The notes below the pieces were generated by a model. It did not search any database. It worked only from the letters and a program-made list of their open reading frames with translations, and was not told where the DNA came from. Of a DNA stretch of 64,000 nt, positions 20,707 through 29,079 are shown piece by piece; positions within the stretch are counted from its first letter, which is position 1; each line of letters opens with the position of its first letter. Origin of the DNA: an uncultured Thermoplasmata archaeon (GTDB lineage: Archaea > Thermoplasmatota > Thermoplasmata > Lutacidiplasmatales > UBA184); contig OY970259.1 in NCBI GenBank assembly GCA_963715645.1, forward strand, positions 2,860 to 66,859, in the 5' to 3' direction. Both the position numbers and the translations under genes were made by a program.

Positions 20707-21252
20707 TCACGTCCGTACCGAGGGTGCCGACGAACTGATCGATGAAGTCGCTGTCCGCCCGAAGGCCTCTAACCCGGATGCGCGCTCCTCCCACTGGCGA
20801 AGGGTGGATTGCCAAGGGAAGGACGCCCCCCCTGAGCTCTCGAGTGTTTCCTTGGGGAGGGCGGCGGAACGAAGAACCTTCGAACTCGTCGTCCGGTCAA
20901 GATAGGAGTAGGACTGAGGAGGTCGGCGCAGACGGGTCGCCTTGACCAGGGGTACATGCCGGGGGAACTTGACAGCCTCCGAGACTTTGTAGACGGTGGC
21001 GGCTCTGCATCCACGCAGGTACTCGAGAAACTCCTGCTGTGAGATACAAAGCCGGCGACTAAACTGTCGCCATGCCAAGGTTGGGCTCGCGCGGCAGACC
21101 TCGTCCACGAGCATTACGCCGGTGATGGCAGAGGCGGGGGCGGTCTCGTAAATGAATGCCATCCGAACCCGCGAAGAGGGGGAGGCTCTTCGAAGCTCGG
21201 CGGTCTTCTCGCCTGCGTAGATCCTCGCAGCGTATCTGGGATGGATTGCCAT
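20707..21252 (-). CDS. ASCH (PUA-like) domain protein
   Basis: MAIHPRYAARIYAGEKTAELRR ... AFIYETAPASAITGVMLV. ATG 21252 lies 20 nt downstream of the stop of the PIN-GNAT gene. The 3' end of the ORF (beyond ~aa 135) is less convincing. Confidence 0.6.
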   Translation of the reverse strand: MAIHPRYAARIYAGEKTAELRRASPSSRVRMAFIYETAPASAITGVMLVDEVCRASPTLAWRQFSRRLCISQQEFLEYLRGCRAATVYKVSEAVKFPRHVPLVKATRLRRPPQSYSYLDRTTSSKVLRSAALPKETLESSGGASFPWQSTLRQWEERASGLEAFGRTATSSISSSAPSVRT

Positions 21253-21272
21253 GACGATGGCTCGCTCTCCCG

Positions 21273-22730
21273 CTACTTCCCGCATAACGCTCTGTAGTCC
21301 TCCTCCTTGAGTTCACGGATGCTGATGGGCGGAGTTAGGCCGACTGCAGCCAAATCCCCGCGGTAGTTGTTCGGAAGCCCGCCGGCTGCCCAGAATAGAA
21401 GTGCCAAGACGGGTCGGTGGCACATTTCGATCAGCCGGTCCAAGGGCATGACCGTGCGGTTTCCGACGAAGTCGATGACCTCGGTAGGCGTCTTGCAGAC
21501 TCGCGTTTCCTCGACGAGTCCAACTCGGGTCACCCTGCGCTCGTCCTCGGACCGATAGAAGAGAAGGATGTCGCCGGCTCTGACCTTGCCCGTCGCGGAG
21601 TTCGAGAGGTAGGCCTTGCGGATAGCGTTCCCCGCCGCGAATGTGAGAGGGACGGATCCGTCGAGCGTCTGCTGGTATCCCGGGGTCGGGTCAAATTCCG
21701 GGAAGAGCTGACGGTGATAAGGCGGTTTGATTGGGACGAGGAACTTCCGAACTGAGTTGTCCTCACGATATCGGGGGTAGTACTGACGAAAGAAGTTCAG
21801 GGGAGAGAGATCCTCACTGTCGTTGATCGGCGCGATGCGTTTGTGAAGCACTCGCTCCGAGTTGGGCTTTGGACCGATGTCCTTGAAACCGAACGGGCTC
21901 AGGAAATCGATAACCTCAGGGTGGTGCGGAAACACCGTCACGTAACACTCCTCGAAATCGTTCCTCCGACAGTAGGATAGAGCAAAGGAGAGAAGGAGCT
22001 CCCCCACGCCTTGGCGCGACAGTTGATCCGAGACTTTGAAGGTGGCGATCTTTAGCCGTCGATTTGCCGGGAGATGCAGGAGTGGCTCTTCGCTCTCCTC
22101 CTTGTAGAGCAGGATGCCAGCAAGCCCACCTTCCGGGAGGCGAACCCGGACGCATCGCCGCCCCTCTTGGCACGCCTTCTGAAACCAAGCCTCGAATCCC
22201 GGGTAGTCCGCCTTCAGCGAGCTGAAGATGGGGTCGTCTGATATCGAGGTCGTGTACCGGAACATCCCTGAGGTGCGCGGGGAGAGGTGGGGGTGCCCTC
22301 CCGAAATAGGCCTGAAAGTACCCGTAGGGCCGCATCGGTAGACAGAACCCTCTTCTCTTAGCCCGACGCGGTTTGACCGGTGGATGAGACCCTGATCTTC
22401 TGTGATGAGGAACGAAACCGCGTTCCGGAAGACCGCGTATGCCAATCGCGCGTCCACTTGGTCGTGAGCCGACGTGCTCCCGAATTGCTGGAGGAACTCG
22501 GATGTCGGAGCCGGAGGGGTGTCCAGAACCGGATACGAACGGACCTTGGATAGAATGACACTTCTGCGCTGGGGATCCCCGTCTCCGTCGAGTTCTGTCA
22601 ACGAGGCCGGGTGAATCAGAGCGGTGACTGCGTTCTCGTTGAGCAATTGGAGAAGGCGGCCCAGCGTTGGGGAGAGCACGTTGGGATCCTCCCTCCCGAT
22701 GAGCAAATTCGTGTCGAGCAGAATCCGCAT
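21273..22730 (-). CDS. PIN-like nuclease / GNAT acetyltransferase / ASCH-like three-domain fusion protein
   Basis: Intact 485-aa ORF. PIN-like: MRILLDTNLLIGRED and FLITEDQGLI. GNAT motif A: QLSRQGVGELLLSFAL. C-terminal PUA/ASCH-like: VRKFLVPIKPPYHRQLF and KVRAGDILLFYRS. Confidence 0.7.
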   Translation of the reverse strand: MRILLDTNLLIGREDPNVLSPTLGRLLQLLNENAVTALIHPASLTELDGDGDPQRRSVILSKVRSYPVLDTPPAPTSEFLQQFGSTSAHDQVDARLAYAVFRNAVSFLITEDQGLIHRSNRVGLREEGSVYRCGPTGTFRPISGGHPHLSPRTSGMFRYTTSISDDPIFSSLKADYPGFEAWFQKACQEGRRCVRVRLPEGGLAGILLYKEESEEPLLHLPANRRLKIATFKVSDQLSRQGVGELLLSFALSYCRRNDFEECYVTVFPHHPEVIDFLSPFGFKDIGPKPNSERVLHKRIAPINDSEDLSPLNFFRQYYPRYREDNSVRKFLVPIKPPYHRQLFPEFDPTPGYQQTLDGSVPLTFAAGNAIRKAYLSNSATGKVRAGDILLFYRSEDERRVTRVGLVEETRVCKTPTEVIDFVGNRTVMPLDRLIEMCHRPVLALLFWAAGGLPNNYRGDLAAVGLTPPISIRELKEEDYRALCGK

Positions 22731-22755
22731 CCGGGAGTTCCGGAGGGACCTTCCG

Positions 22756-22840
22756 CCTATTCAGGCATCCGACCGAGGAGCGGGGGCTTGCAGAGGAGCC
22801 CAACGGCGCGTACTCAGCGCCACGTTCATGCCTGAATAGG
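22756..22840. repeat. 13-bp perfect inverted repeat CCTATTCAGGCAT / ATGCCTGAATAGG with a 59-nt spacer
   Basis: The arms are at 22756-22768 and 22828-22840, read directly. They lie in the 135-nt gap between the recombinase stop (22866) and the PIN-GNAT start (22730). Confidence 0.9.
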
Positions 22841-22865
22841 TGCGGCCGACGCCGGGCTTTCGGTG

Positions 22866-23459
22866 TTAAGGGGTGGGACTCGGACTCCGGCGAAGAACCG
22901 ACCGCACTGCCCCCAGCTTGAGGTTCATGCGCTGGGAGATCTGCCGGAGGCTCTCGCCGTGCGCTCGGCGGGCGACCTCCCTCGCAACCGACTCGGGAAT
23001 CCTCCGGGGCGCCCCGAACTTCTTGCCCAGAGCGCGGGCCCGCGCGATGCCCGCTTGCGTTCGTTCGAGGATGAGCTCGCGCTCGAACTCCGCCAGGGCC
23101 GCCAGCATGTTCCGCTGCAAACGACCGCTCGGGGTCGAGGTGTCGATTCCCTGGTCGATGACGATCACGCGGGCTCCCGCCGCCTCCGCGTCGTCCCAGA
23201 ACCGTAGGATCATGCCCAACGAGCGGCCGAGCCGGTCCATCTTCGAGACTACGATCGTATCGAACTCGCCCGAGGCGAGCCGCTCCCGAAGTCGATCGAG
23301 CTCCGGTCGGTTGTCCCGGACGCCCGAGATGCCGTCGTCCCGAAAGACCGCGACCTCCGTCCACCCTCTCGCCTGGCAGTAGGCCGTGAGCTGACCGACT
23401 TGGGCCTCCGTCGACTGCTCCTTCGTGGAGACGCGAGCGTAGAGGGCGACCCGAGTCAT
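22866..23459 (-). CDS. small serine recombinase (resolvase/invertase family)
   Basis: Intact 197 aa. Motifs: ALYARVSTKEQ, VVSKMDRLGRS, and a C-terminal HTH ESLRQISQRMNLKLGAVRSVL. ATG 23459 overlaps the upstream stop (ATGA). Confidence 0.92.
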   Translation of the reverse strand: MTRVALYARVSTKEQSTEAQVGQLTAYCQARGWTEVAVFRDDGISGVRDNRPELDRLRERLASGEFDTIVVSKMDRLGRSLGMILRFWDDAEAAGARVIVIDQGIDTSTPSGRLQRNMLAALAEFERELILERTQAGIARARALGKKFGAPRRIPESVAREVARRAHGESLRQISQRMNLKLGAVRSVLRRSPSPTP

Positions 23460-24838
23460 GCTGAGGCCTCCTCCCGCCCGACAACATCAGGGACCTCCGC
23501 GGCCGAGCGGCGGCGAGCGAGAGTCACATAGTCGGGGTTGAGTTCGATACCGATGGATCTCCGGCCCAGACGCCGGGCCACCGCGAGGACGGTGCCGCTT
23601 CCCAGCGAACGGGTCGAGGACGAGACAAGGGACGGTACGGGCGGTCCCGCAGGAGCAGCGCTTGCGAAACCCCAGGTCGACCCTCCGGTAGCTCCCATCA
23701 TGCCACCCGGGAGCGTCGGCGACGGGGGCGCGACCCGACACGAGCGGTGCCTCGAGTCGGTCTGTGCGTGGCCGATAGCTCCTCCGATTGCCCGGACCTC
23801 TCTCGTCCAGGGCGTCCCGCACTCCGCGCACGCCCCCCGCTCGGACGTTCCCGCCAGTGATGCAGAGCTCCGGGAGCTTCTCCGGGAACGTCGCGAAGTG
23901 GGCCCCGCGGTAGGGCTGGGTCGGGATCCACCAGACTGTCCGGAGATTCCGACCCGAGGGGCTCGTATTTCGAAGCATCGGGAACCGCCGGAAGTCCCCT
24001 TCGGGATGCTTCGAGCGGGAGGTGCGATTGTCGGTCGGGTTCGGTAGATGATGCCGGAGTCTTCGGAGCGTGCTCTCCTGGAGGGGCTCGCGGACCGCGT
24101 AGGCGTCGTAGAAGTAGCGCCTCGACTTCGTCAGGAGGAAGACGGAGTCGTGGGCCCGGGTCGGCCGATCCCGAACCGCCTCCGGCATCGGATTCGGCTT
24201 CGCCCAGACGCAATCGGACCGGAGCCACCAGCCCCGGCGTTGGAGCTCGAAGGCGACTCGCCAGGGGATCCCCACGAGATCCTTCGGCTTGAGTCCGGGC
24301 GCCCGCTTGTCCATCCGACCGGCCTGCTCGGCCCCCGTGCGATCCCGACCGGCGAGGGTCGAGGCCTTCCATCGCTTCTCGCCCGTGAGCCCGGAAGGGT
24401 GGGTAGCGTAGGTGTCGCCGAGGTTCAGCCAGAGCGTCCCGTCCGGCCGCAAGACCCGACGGACTTCGTCGAAGACTCCGGCGAGATGCTCCACGAATCG
24501 TTCGGGAGTGGGCTCCAGGCCGAGCTGGCCGAGCCATCCTCCGCACTTCCGGCAGGTCGATCCGCCCCGCGAGGCATCGTAAGCGACCAGCCGCATTCCC
24601 TCGGCTCGCCTCGCCGGTGACGCCGTGCGCCTCGCGATGGCGCGGTGGCTGGGTCGGTTCCCATTCGTGTTCACAACCCGCCTTCCCGCCCCATCGGACC
24701 GGTCGGAGACCGTAGTCGCGGAGTCCCCAGTACGGAGGGGACGTGACGACGCAATGGATCGAGTCACCCGGAAGGCAGCGCAGCATGTCGAGGACGTCCC
24801 CCTCGAGGATGGCCGGGGTCGGGTCCTGCCGGGATCAC
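23456..24838 (-). CDS. beta-class (ParB-less PF01555-type, N4-C/N6-A) DNA methyltransferase, copy 1; at least 2 frame changes
   Basis: Motif IV IHCVVTSPPYWGLRDYG (frame of ORF 23698-24786). GTLWLNLGDTY, RSDCVWAKPNPMPEAVRDRPTRAHDSVFLLTKS and AHFATFPEKL (ORF 23487-24905). LVLDPFAG plus SGTVLAVARRLGRRSIGIELNPDY (ORF 23456-23701). GTG 24838 overlaps the stop of copy 2 (GTGA). Confidence 0.8.
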
Positions 24839-26272
24839 GCGTGTGCCTCCGCTGCGGGACTCGGGACGCGGCAGGGGCGAACGGCGGAGCTCCGATGGCG
24901 AGCAAGCTCGACGTATTCCGGGTTCAGGTCGATCCCGATCGACCTGCTGCCCAAGCCGACGGGCCGCTGCCAAGACCGTTCCGACTGCCAGCGAACGGAT
25001 CGAGGACGAGGCACGGGACAGTCCGGTCGGTCCGGCAGAGCAGCAGCGCTTACGGAAACCGAGGTCGAATTGCTCGCGGTAGCTCCCGTCACAGGTGACC
25101 CGGAGCGGATCGAATCCCCTGCACCCGACCGCGTGCGAGCGACTTGTACCGGGTACCGATCGTGGCCGATCGACTCCGCCTTCCAGTTCGCACCTCCACG
25201 GGCCCACGGGTCGTCCGCACGCGCGCGCAGGCGCCACGCTCGGAGGTTCCCGGCTCGAATGCAGAGGTCGGGAAGGGCCTCCGGGAACGTGGCGAAGTGG
25301 GCCCCGGAGATATCCCACGGGTCGCGATCCACCAGACCGGACCGGAGGTTCCCGAGCCGCGCTCGGGCGGGAGGTCCCGATCTGGGCGCACACCGGCCCT
25401 TGAGGCACGAGGGCTCCGAGTCGGATCGCATCGCCCGACTCCGTAGTCGCTTCAGCTTCCGGGCTGGCTTCGACCTCCCCTGGGATGCGAGCCCGCGCCG
25501 GTCGATCGGGCTCACGGACGGCCTCGCCGTCGTAGAAGTACCGCTTCGATTTCGTGAGAAGGAAGACGTACTCGTGGGAGCGGGTCGGTCGGTCCACGGA
25601 CCGATTCCGGGCATCGGGTTGCGCTTCGCCCAGACGCAATCGGAACGGAGCCACCACCCCGCCGCTGGAGCTCGAACGCGACCCGCCAAGGGATTCCCGC
25701 GAGGTCCTTGGGCTTGAGCTGGCCGTGGCGCGAGGCGCTTCTCCGCGGCCCACCCCGGCTGCGGGTCTGGGAAGGATCCCAACGGTGCGAGAACGCCTCG
25801 GAGGATGACCGTCGGACCGGGCTGTCCCCCTGGAAAGTGTCGCCGAGATTCAGCCACAGCGTCCCGTCGGATCGCGGAGGACTCGCCGGACCTCGTCGAA
25901 GACCCCGGCGAGGTGCTGGACGAAGAGCTCGGGCCGTCGGCTCGAGGCCGAGCTGGCCCGAGCCAGCCACCGCAGGCGGACACAACCCTCCCTGCGCTCG
26001 AGCCCGTGTTAGCCCGCCGCGGAGCCGCGTTCGGAGCCAGTCGGGGTTCCCGGACCTCTCCTGGGAGCGTTTCCGTCGAGGATCGGGAGCTGCCCAGCTC
26101 GTGCGGACAGGACGGGCTCGCCTCCCCAGAGGACCGGGGGAAGACCATAGTCCCGGAGCCCCCAGTACGGAGGCGAGGTGACCACGCAGTGGATGGACTC
26201 GTCGGGCAGGCGCCCGAGAACCTCCCTGACTTCACCCTCGAGGATGGCGGGGGTGAGGTCCCTGGGGATCAC
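24835..26272 (-). CDS. beta-class DNA methyltransferase, copy 2 (paralogue of copy 1); many frame changes
   Basis: GTG 26272 follows GGAGG and overlaps the upstream stop (GTGA). Motifs are scattered over three frames: IHCVVTSPPYWGLRDYG, GTLWLNLGDTF, WWLRSDCVWAKRNPMP, DRPTRSHEYVFLLTKSKRYFYD, AHFATFPEALP, GTVLAAARRLG, RSIGIDLNPEYVELARHR. Confidence 0.7.
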
Positions 26273-26538
26273 GTTGCCTCCTCGAGGTTCCGCCAGAAGC
26301 GCTCGTTCCGGGCCGCCCTCGCCCGTCGGATCCGGTGCTCGACTGCGACGTCCCGAGCAAATTGGACCCGAGGGCCGAACTCGGCCCGCACGCGGTCGAG
26401 CTCGTTCCGGACGCGCCACTCCGGCTTGGTGAACTCCTCAACGACGGCATTGAGTCGGGAGGCGTACCCCTGAAGGAGGAGGACGACGTTCTCCAGCTCG
26501 CGCCGGCTGAGCAGCCGGAGCTCGACGGTCTCGCTCAT
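26269..26538 (-). CDS. small helical hypothetical protein (89 aa)
   Basis: MSETVELRLLSRRELENVVLLLQGYASRLNAVVEEFTKPEW... ATG 26538 overlaps the upstream stop (ATGA). Confidence 0.5.
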   Translation of the reverse strand: MSETVELRLLSRRELENVVLLLQGYASRLNAVVEEFTKPEWRVRNELDRVRAEFGPRVQFARDVAVEHRIRRARAARNERFWRNLEEAT

Positions 26539-26978
26539 CCGGCGAGTGTCGCCCCCTGGTCGAGCGGCCGGCAGCCGAGGTTGCCTCGGAGGTAGTGGTA
26601 GTCGGGAACCCGAATCGGCGGAGGGGCCGAATCGACGATGATCCACTCCTCTCCGTCGCTCCACGTGGGGCGGAGCAGGCCGTTCTCGCAGAATCCGGCG
26701 ATGACGTGGAGCCGTCGAGGGGGTCGGTAGCTCGGGAAGGTCTGGACGACCATCCGGTCGACCGCTCGAAACGGCGCGAGCCAACCGAACGGGTGGGGGG
26801 CGTAGAAGACCCGCAAGGCCCGGACGGCGGCCTCGTCGACCTTGCGAGGAGCCGCAGCGCGCGCGCACACGCGCTGCCGCCAGCGGTAGGCCTCCAGCAG
26901 CTCCAGGAGCGTCGCGTCGGCGATCGGAGGCCGCCCCCCGGACCTGCCTCGGCCTCTCCCCCTGCCGGAGGAACCCAC
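26535..26978 (-). CDS. hypothetical protein; the 5' end probably extends upstream (to ATG 27130 with a frameshift)
   Basis: The ORF from GTG 26978 reads as real protein (LLELLEAYRWRQ..FYAPHPFGWLAPFRAVDRMVVQTF..EEWIIVDSAPPPIRVPDYHYL). The same frame is open and protein-like further upstream (QRHLWLSDRTWSEFRRVQRIVSQRGL) but lacks a start codon. Confidence 0.5.
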   Translation of the reverse strand: MGSSGRGRGRGRSGGRPPIADATLLELLEAYRWRQRVCARAAAPRKVDEAAVRALRVFYAPHPFGWLAPFRAVDRMVVQTFPSYRPPRRLHVIAGFCENGLLRPTWSDGEEWIIVDSAPPPIRVPDYHYLRGNLGCRPLDQGATLAG

Positions 26979-27076
26979 GAGGCCCCGCTGGGAGACGATC
27001 CGTTGGACGCGTCGGAACTCGGACCAGGTCCGGTCCGAGAGCCAGAGGTGGCGCTGGGAGGTGGGAGGGGGAGGGA

Positions 27077-27141
27077 GTTCCGGGCCCGGAACAGGGGTAG
27101 TTCCGGGTACCCGGAACTACCGTAGTTCATGTCCCGGAACT
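27077..27141. promoter_or_regulatory. cluster of perfect palindromes built on an AGTTCCGGG half-site (operator-like)
   Basis: 16-bp palindrome GTTCCGGGCCCGGAAC (27077-27092). 26-bp palindrome GGTAGTTCCGGGTACCCGGAACTACC (27096-27121). An additional half-site CCCGGAACT is at 27133-27141. The cluster lies at the head of the MTase/recombinase operon. Confidence 0.7.
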
Positions 27142-27225
27142 CGGGGGAGTTAGAGAGGATAGGAGAGCCCGGGACGGGCTCGGAGGGAGCCCTCACTGAC
27201 GGAGACGATGGTCTCTGCACGAGAC

Positions 27226-27441
27226 TCACCCCGGGAGCCCCCGTGTGCGCGCGTACCCGGTGAGTCGGACCTCCACCAGTTCTGCCGCGAAGCCGTGGAT
27301 CGGGCAGAACGAGAGGCGCAGGGTCAGGTTGTGGCGGGCCTCGGAGCGGCAAAGCTCGCAGACGAATCGAGGAACGGGCGGAGGGAGGGGAGCGCTGTCA
27401 GGCTCGACGACGAAGGTGATCTCGGCGTACCGGGGCGTCAA
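27226..27441 (-). CDS. small Cys-containing hypothetical protein (71 aa)
   Basis: MTPRYAEITFVVEPDS..RFVCELCRSEARHNLTLRLSFCPIHG (CxxC ... CxxH, possibly zinc-binding). Weak support. Confidence 0.3.
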   Translation of the reverse strand: MTPRYAEITFVVEPDSAPLPPPVPRFVCELCRSEARHNLTLRLSFCPIHGFAAELVEVRLTGYARTRGLPG

Positions 27442-27561
27442 CCGACCACCCCCGATGCCGTTTCAAGTCGCGAGGGTATGGCCCAACTTGAGCCGGGGAG
27501 AGGGGTTGGCCGTCCTCGCCTCGGGACCCGTTCCGGTATGGGTTCTATAAGGAAATGGTTA

Positions 27562-27635
27562 CGGGCCCGCCGGGATTCGAACCCGGGTTTGAGGCTCCGG
27601 AGGCCTCCGTGATGTCCAAGCTATACTACGGGCCC
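27562..27635 (-). tRNA. tRNA-Arg (anticodon CCG)
   Basis: The reverse strand gives acceptor GGGCCCG/CGGGCCC, anticodon arm GAGGC-CUCCGGA-GCCUC, T arm CCGGG-UUCGAAU-CCCGG and discriminator G. The D stem has only two Watson-Crick pairs as assembled. Confidence 0.8.
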
Positions 27636-27711
27636 GCGCGAGAGGGGTCAGGGCGACCTGAACAAAGCTTCGCGCATCGCCGGACGGGCGCCGCCCGGGC
27701 CGGTCCCGGCC

Positions 27712-28896
27712 CTACCTCTTGGCCAGGAGGTGTCGGTAGAAATCGAGGGTCCGTCGAGCGATCGAATCCCACGAGAATAGTTCGGTCGCCCGCTCCCGAG
27801 ACTTGGCCCCGGCAGCCGCGGCCGCGGCGGGGTCGCTCGTGTAGCGAAGCAGCGCTTCCCGCAGCGCGGCTACGTCTCGGGGGGGCACGAGCGCTCCGTT
27901 GGCACCATCCTGGACGATATCGCCTAGCCCCGGTATCCGCGACGCCACGATCGGGAGGCCCGCGGCGAGACCCTCCACGCCCACCGCGGGCAGCCCCTCG
28001 GCCAGAGAGGGGAGCGCCAGCACGGAGGCTCCTCGGTAGATGGCCGGCACGTGGGACGAGGGAACCCCGCTCAGGAAGCGCACTTCGGAGGCGCCGCCCG
28101 AGCCCTGGAGCTGTCGGACCAACGCCGGCCGTTCGGGCCCGTCCCCGACCACGACCAGGGGAACCCCCGTGCCGCGAAGGGCCTCGAGGAGATACCGCAC
28201 CCCCTTCTGTTCCATCAGACGCCCCACGAAGAGACAATACCCGCGGTCGAGCTGGTACTTCGCGCGAATGGTCACGTCGGCGGGCCCCCCCTTCGAGAAC
28301 GGTTCGAGGTCGACGATCGGGGGGATGACGCAGGTTTCCGGGCTCTGCGTGCCCAGCCTCGCACGCACCTCGTCTGCCAGTGCCTGGTTGAGAACGATGA
28401 GCCCATCCACCGAGCGCATCGTCGGCTCGTCCAGCATCCGATAGGTCACCCTCCGCGTCGAGGTCAGGGCGCCGGAGGTGAAGCGCAGCGTTCCGGGCGT
28501 CGGGTTGTGGACCGTGAAGGTCGTCACCACCGAACGGGCCCGCGCGAGATGCACCGTTCCCCACGCGGTCGCGTTGGTCTGGACGCTGAGGACGTCCGGC
28601 GGGTCACCGTTCAGGAGCCGTCGGGCGGTCGATGTGGCCGCGGCGGCGCCCACGGCCTGACCGAGGGCTACCAGAGGGTAGGCGGATTGGATGCGGAAGT
28701 CGAATCGGGGAAGCTCGTGCAACGTGACCCCCGGGGGGAAATAGGCACCGGGAGCCAGACTCGTCACATAGTCGACCGCTGCGCCCTGTTCGGCCAGGGC
28801 GCGCGCGAGATGGTAGGTATGGCGTTCGACTCCCCCTCCGAACGGCGGAGGCACCGGAACCGCGCCAGTGTTCAGGAGTAGGACCCTCATTCCCAC
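27712..28896 (-). CDS. GT-B glycosyltransferase (GT4-like)
   Basis: Intact. MRVLLLNTGAVPVPPPFGGGVERH and the C-terminal EGLPAVGVEGLAAGLPIVAS motif. The start is GTG 28896 or ATG 28890. Confidence 0.85.
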   Translation of the reverse strand: MGMRVLLLNTGAVPVPPPFGGGVERHTYHLARALAEQGAAVDYVTSLAPGAYFPPGVTLHELPRFDFRIQSAYPLVALGQAVGAAAATSTARRLLNGDPPDVLSVQTNATAWGTVHLARARSVVTTFTVHNPTPGTLRFTSGALTSTRRVTYRMLDEPTMRSVDGLIVLNQALADEVRARLGTQSPETCVIPPIVDLEPFSKGGPADVTIRAKYQLDRGYCLFVGRLMEQKGVRYLLEALRGTGVPLVVVGDGPERPALVRQLQGSGGASEVRFLSGVPSSHVPAIYRGASVLALPSLAEGLPAVGVEGLAAGLPIVASRIPGLGDIVQDGANGALVPPRDVAALREALLRYTSDPAAAAAAGAKSRERATELFSWDSIARRTLDFYRHLLAKR

Positions 28897-29079
28897 CGCG
28901 CGCCGCGACGCGACCGACGCGACGTCCGTCGGACACCCCTAGCCCGTATGACGCTACGCAGCCCCAGCGAAGTCGCCCGTGGCGCCCCAGGACTACGGGA
29001 CGGTCGACCGATCCAGTCGGCGGCTGGGCTCGGTGCGGACCGCTCTACTCGCCTCAGGGTGGCACCCTCGATGGGTCGG

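Larger units (their letters stand above)
4332..22865. mobile_element. lower-GC accessory (defence) island bracketed by two serine recombinase genes
   Basis: Abrupt change in composition. A/T-rich codons appear and the stacked spurious overlapping ORFs that fill the six-frame track in the flanks almost disappear. The content is defence/conflict-type genes only. Confidence 0.55.
1..27561. mobile_element. candidate integrated plasmid/provirus-like accessory region abutting tRNA-Arg (left end not in window)
   Basis: Gene content is recombinases, DNA methyltransferases, a P-loop NTPase, a PrsW protease and defence genes, with no housekeeping genes. The region ends 1 nt from the 3' end of tRNA-Arg (27562-27635). 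No integrase-type att repeat could be identified in the window. Confidence 0.35.
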
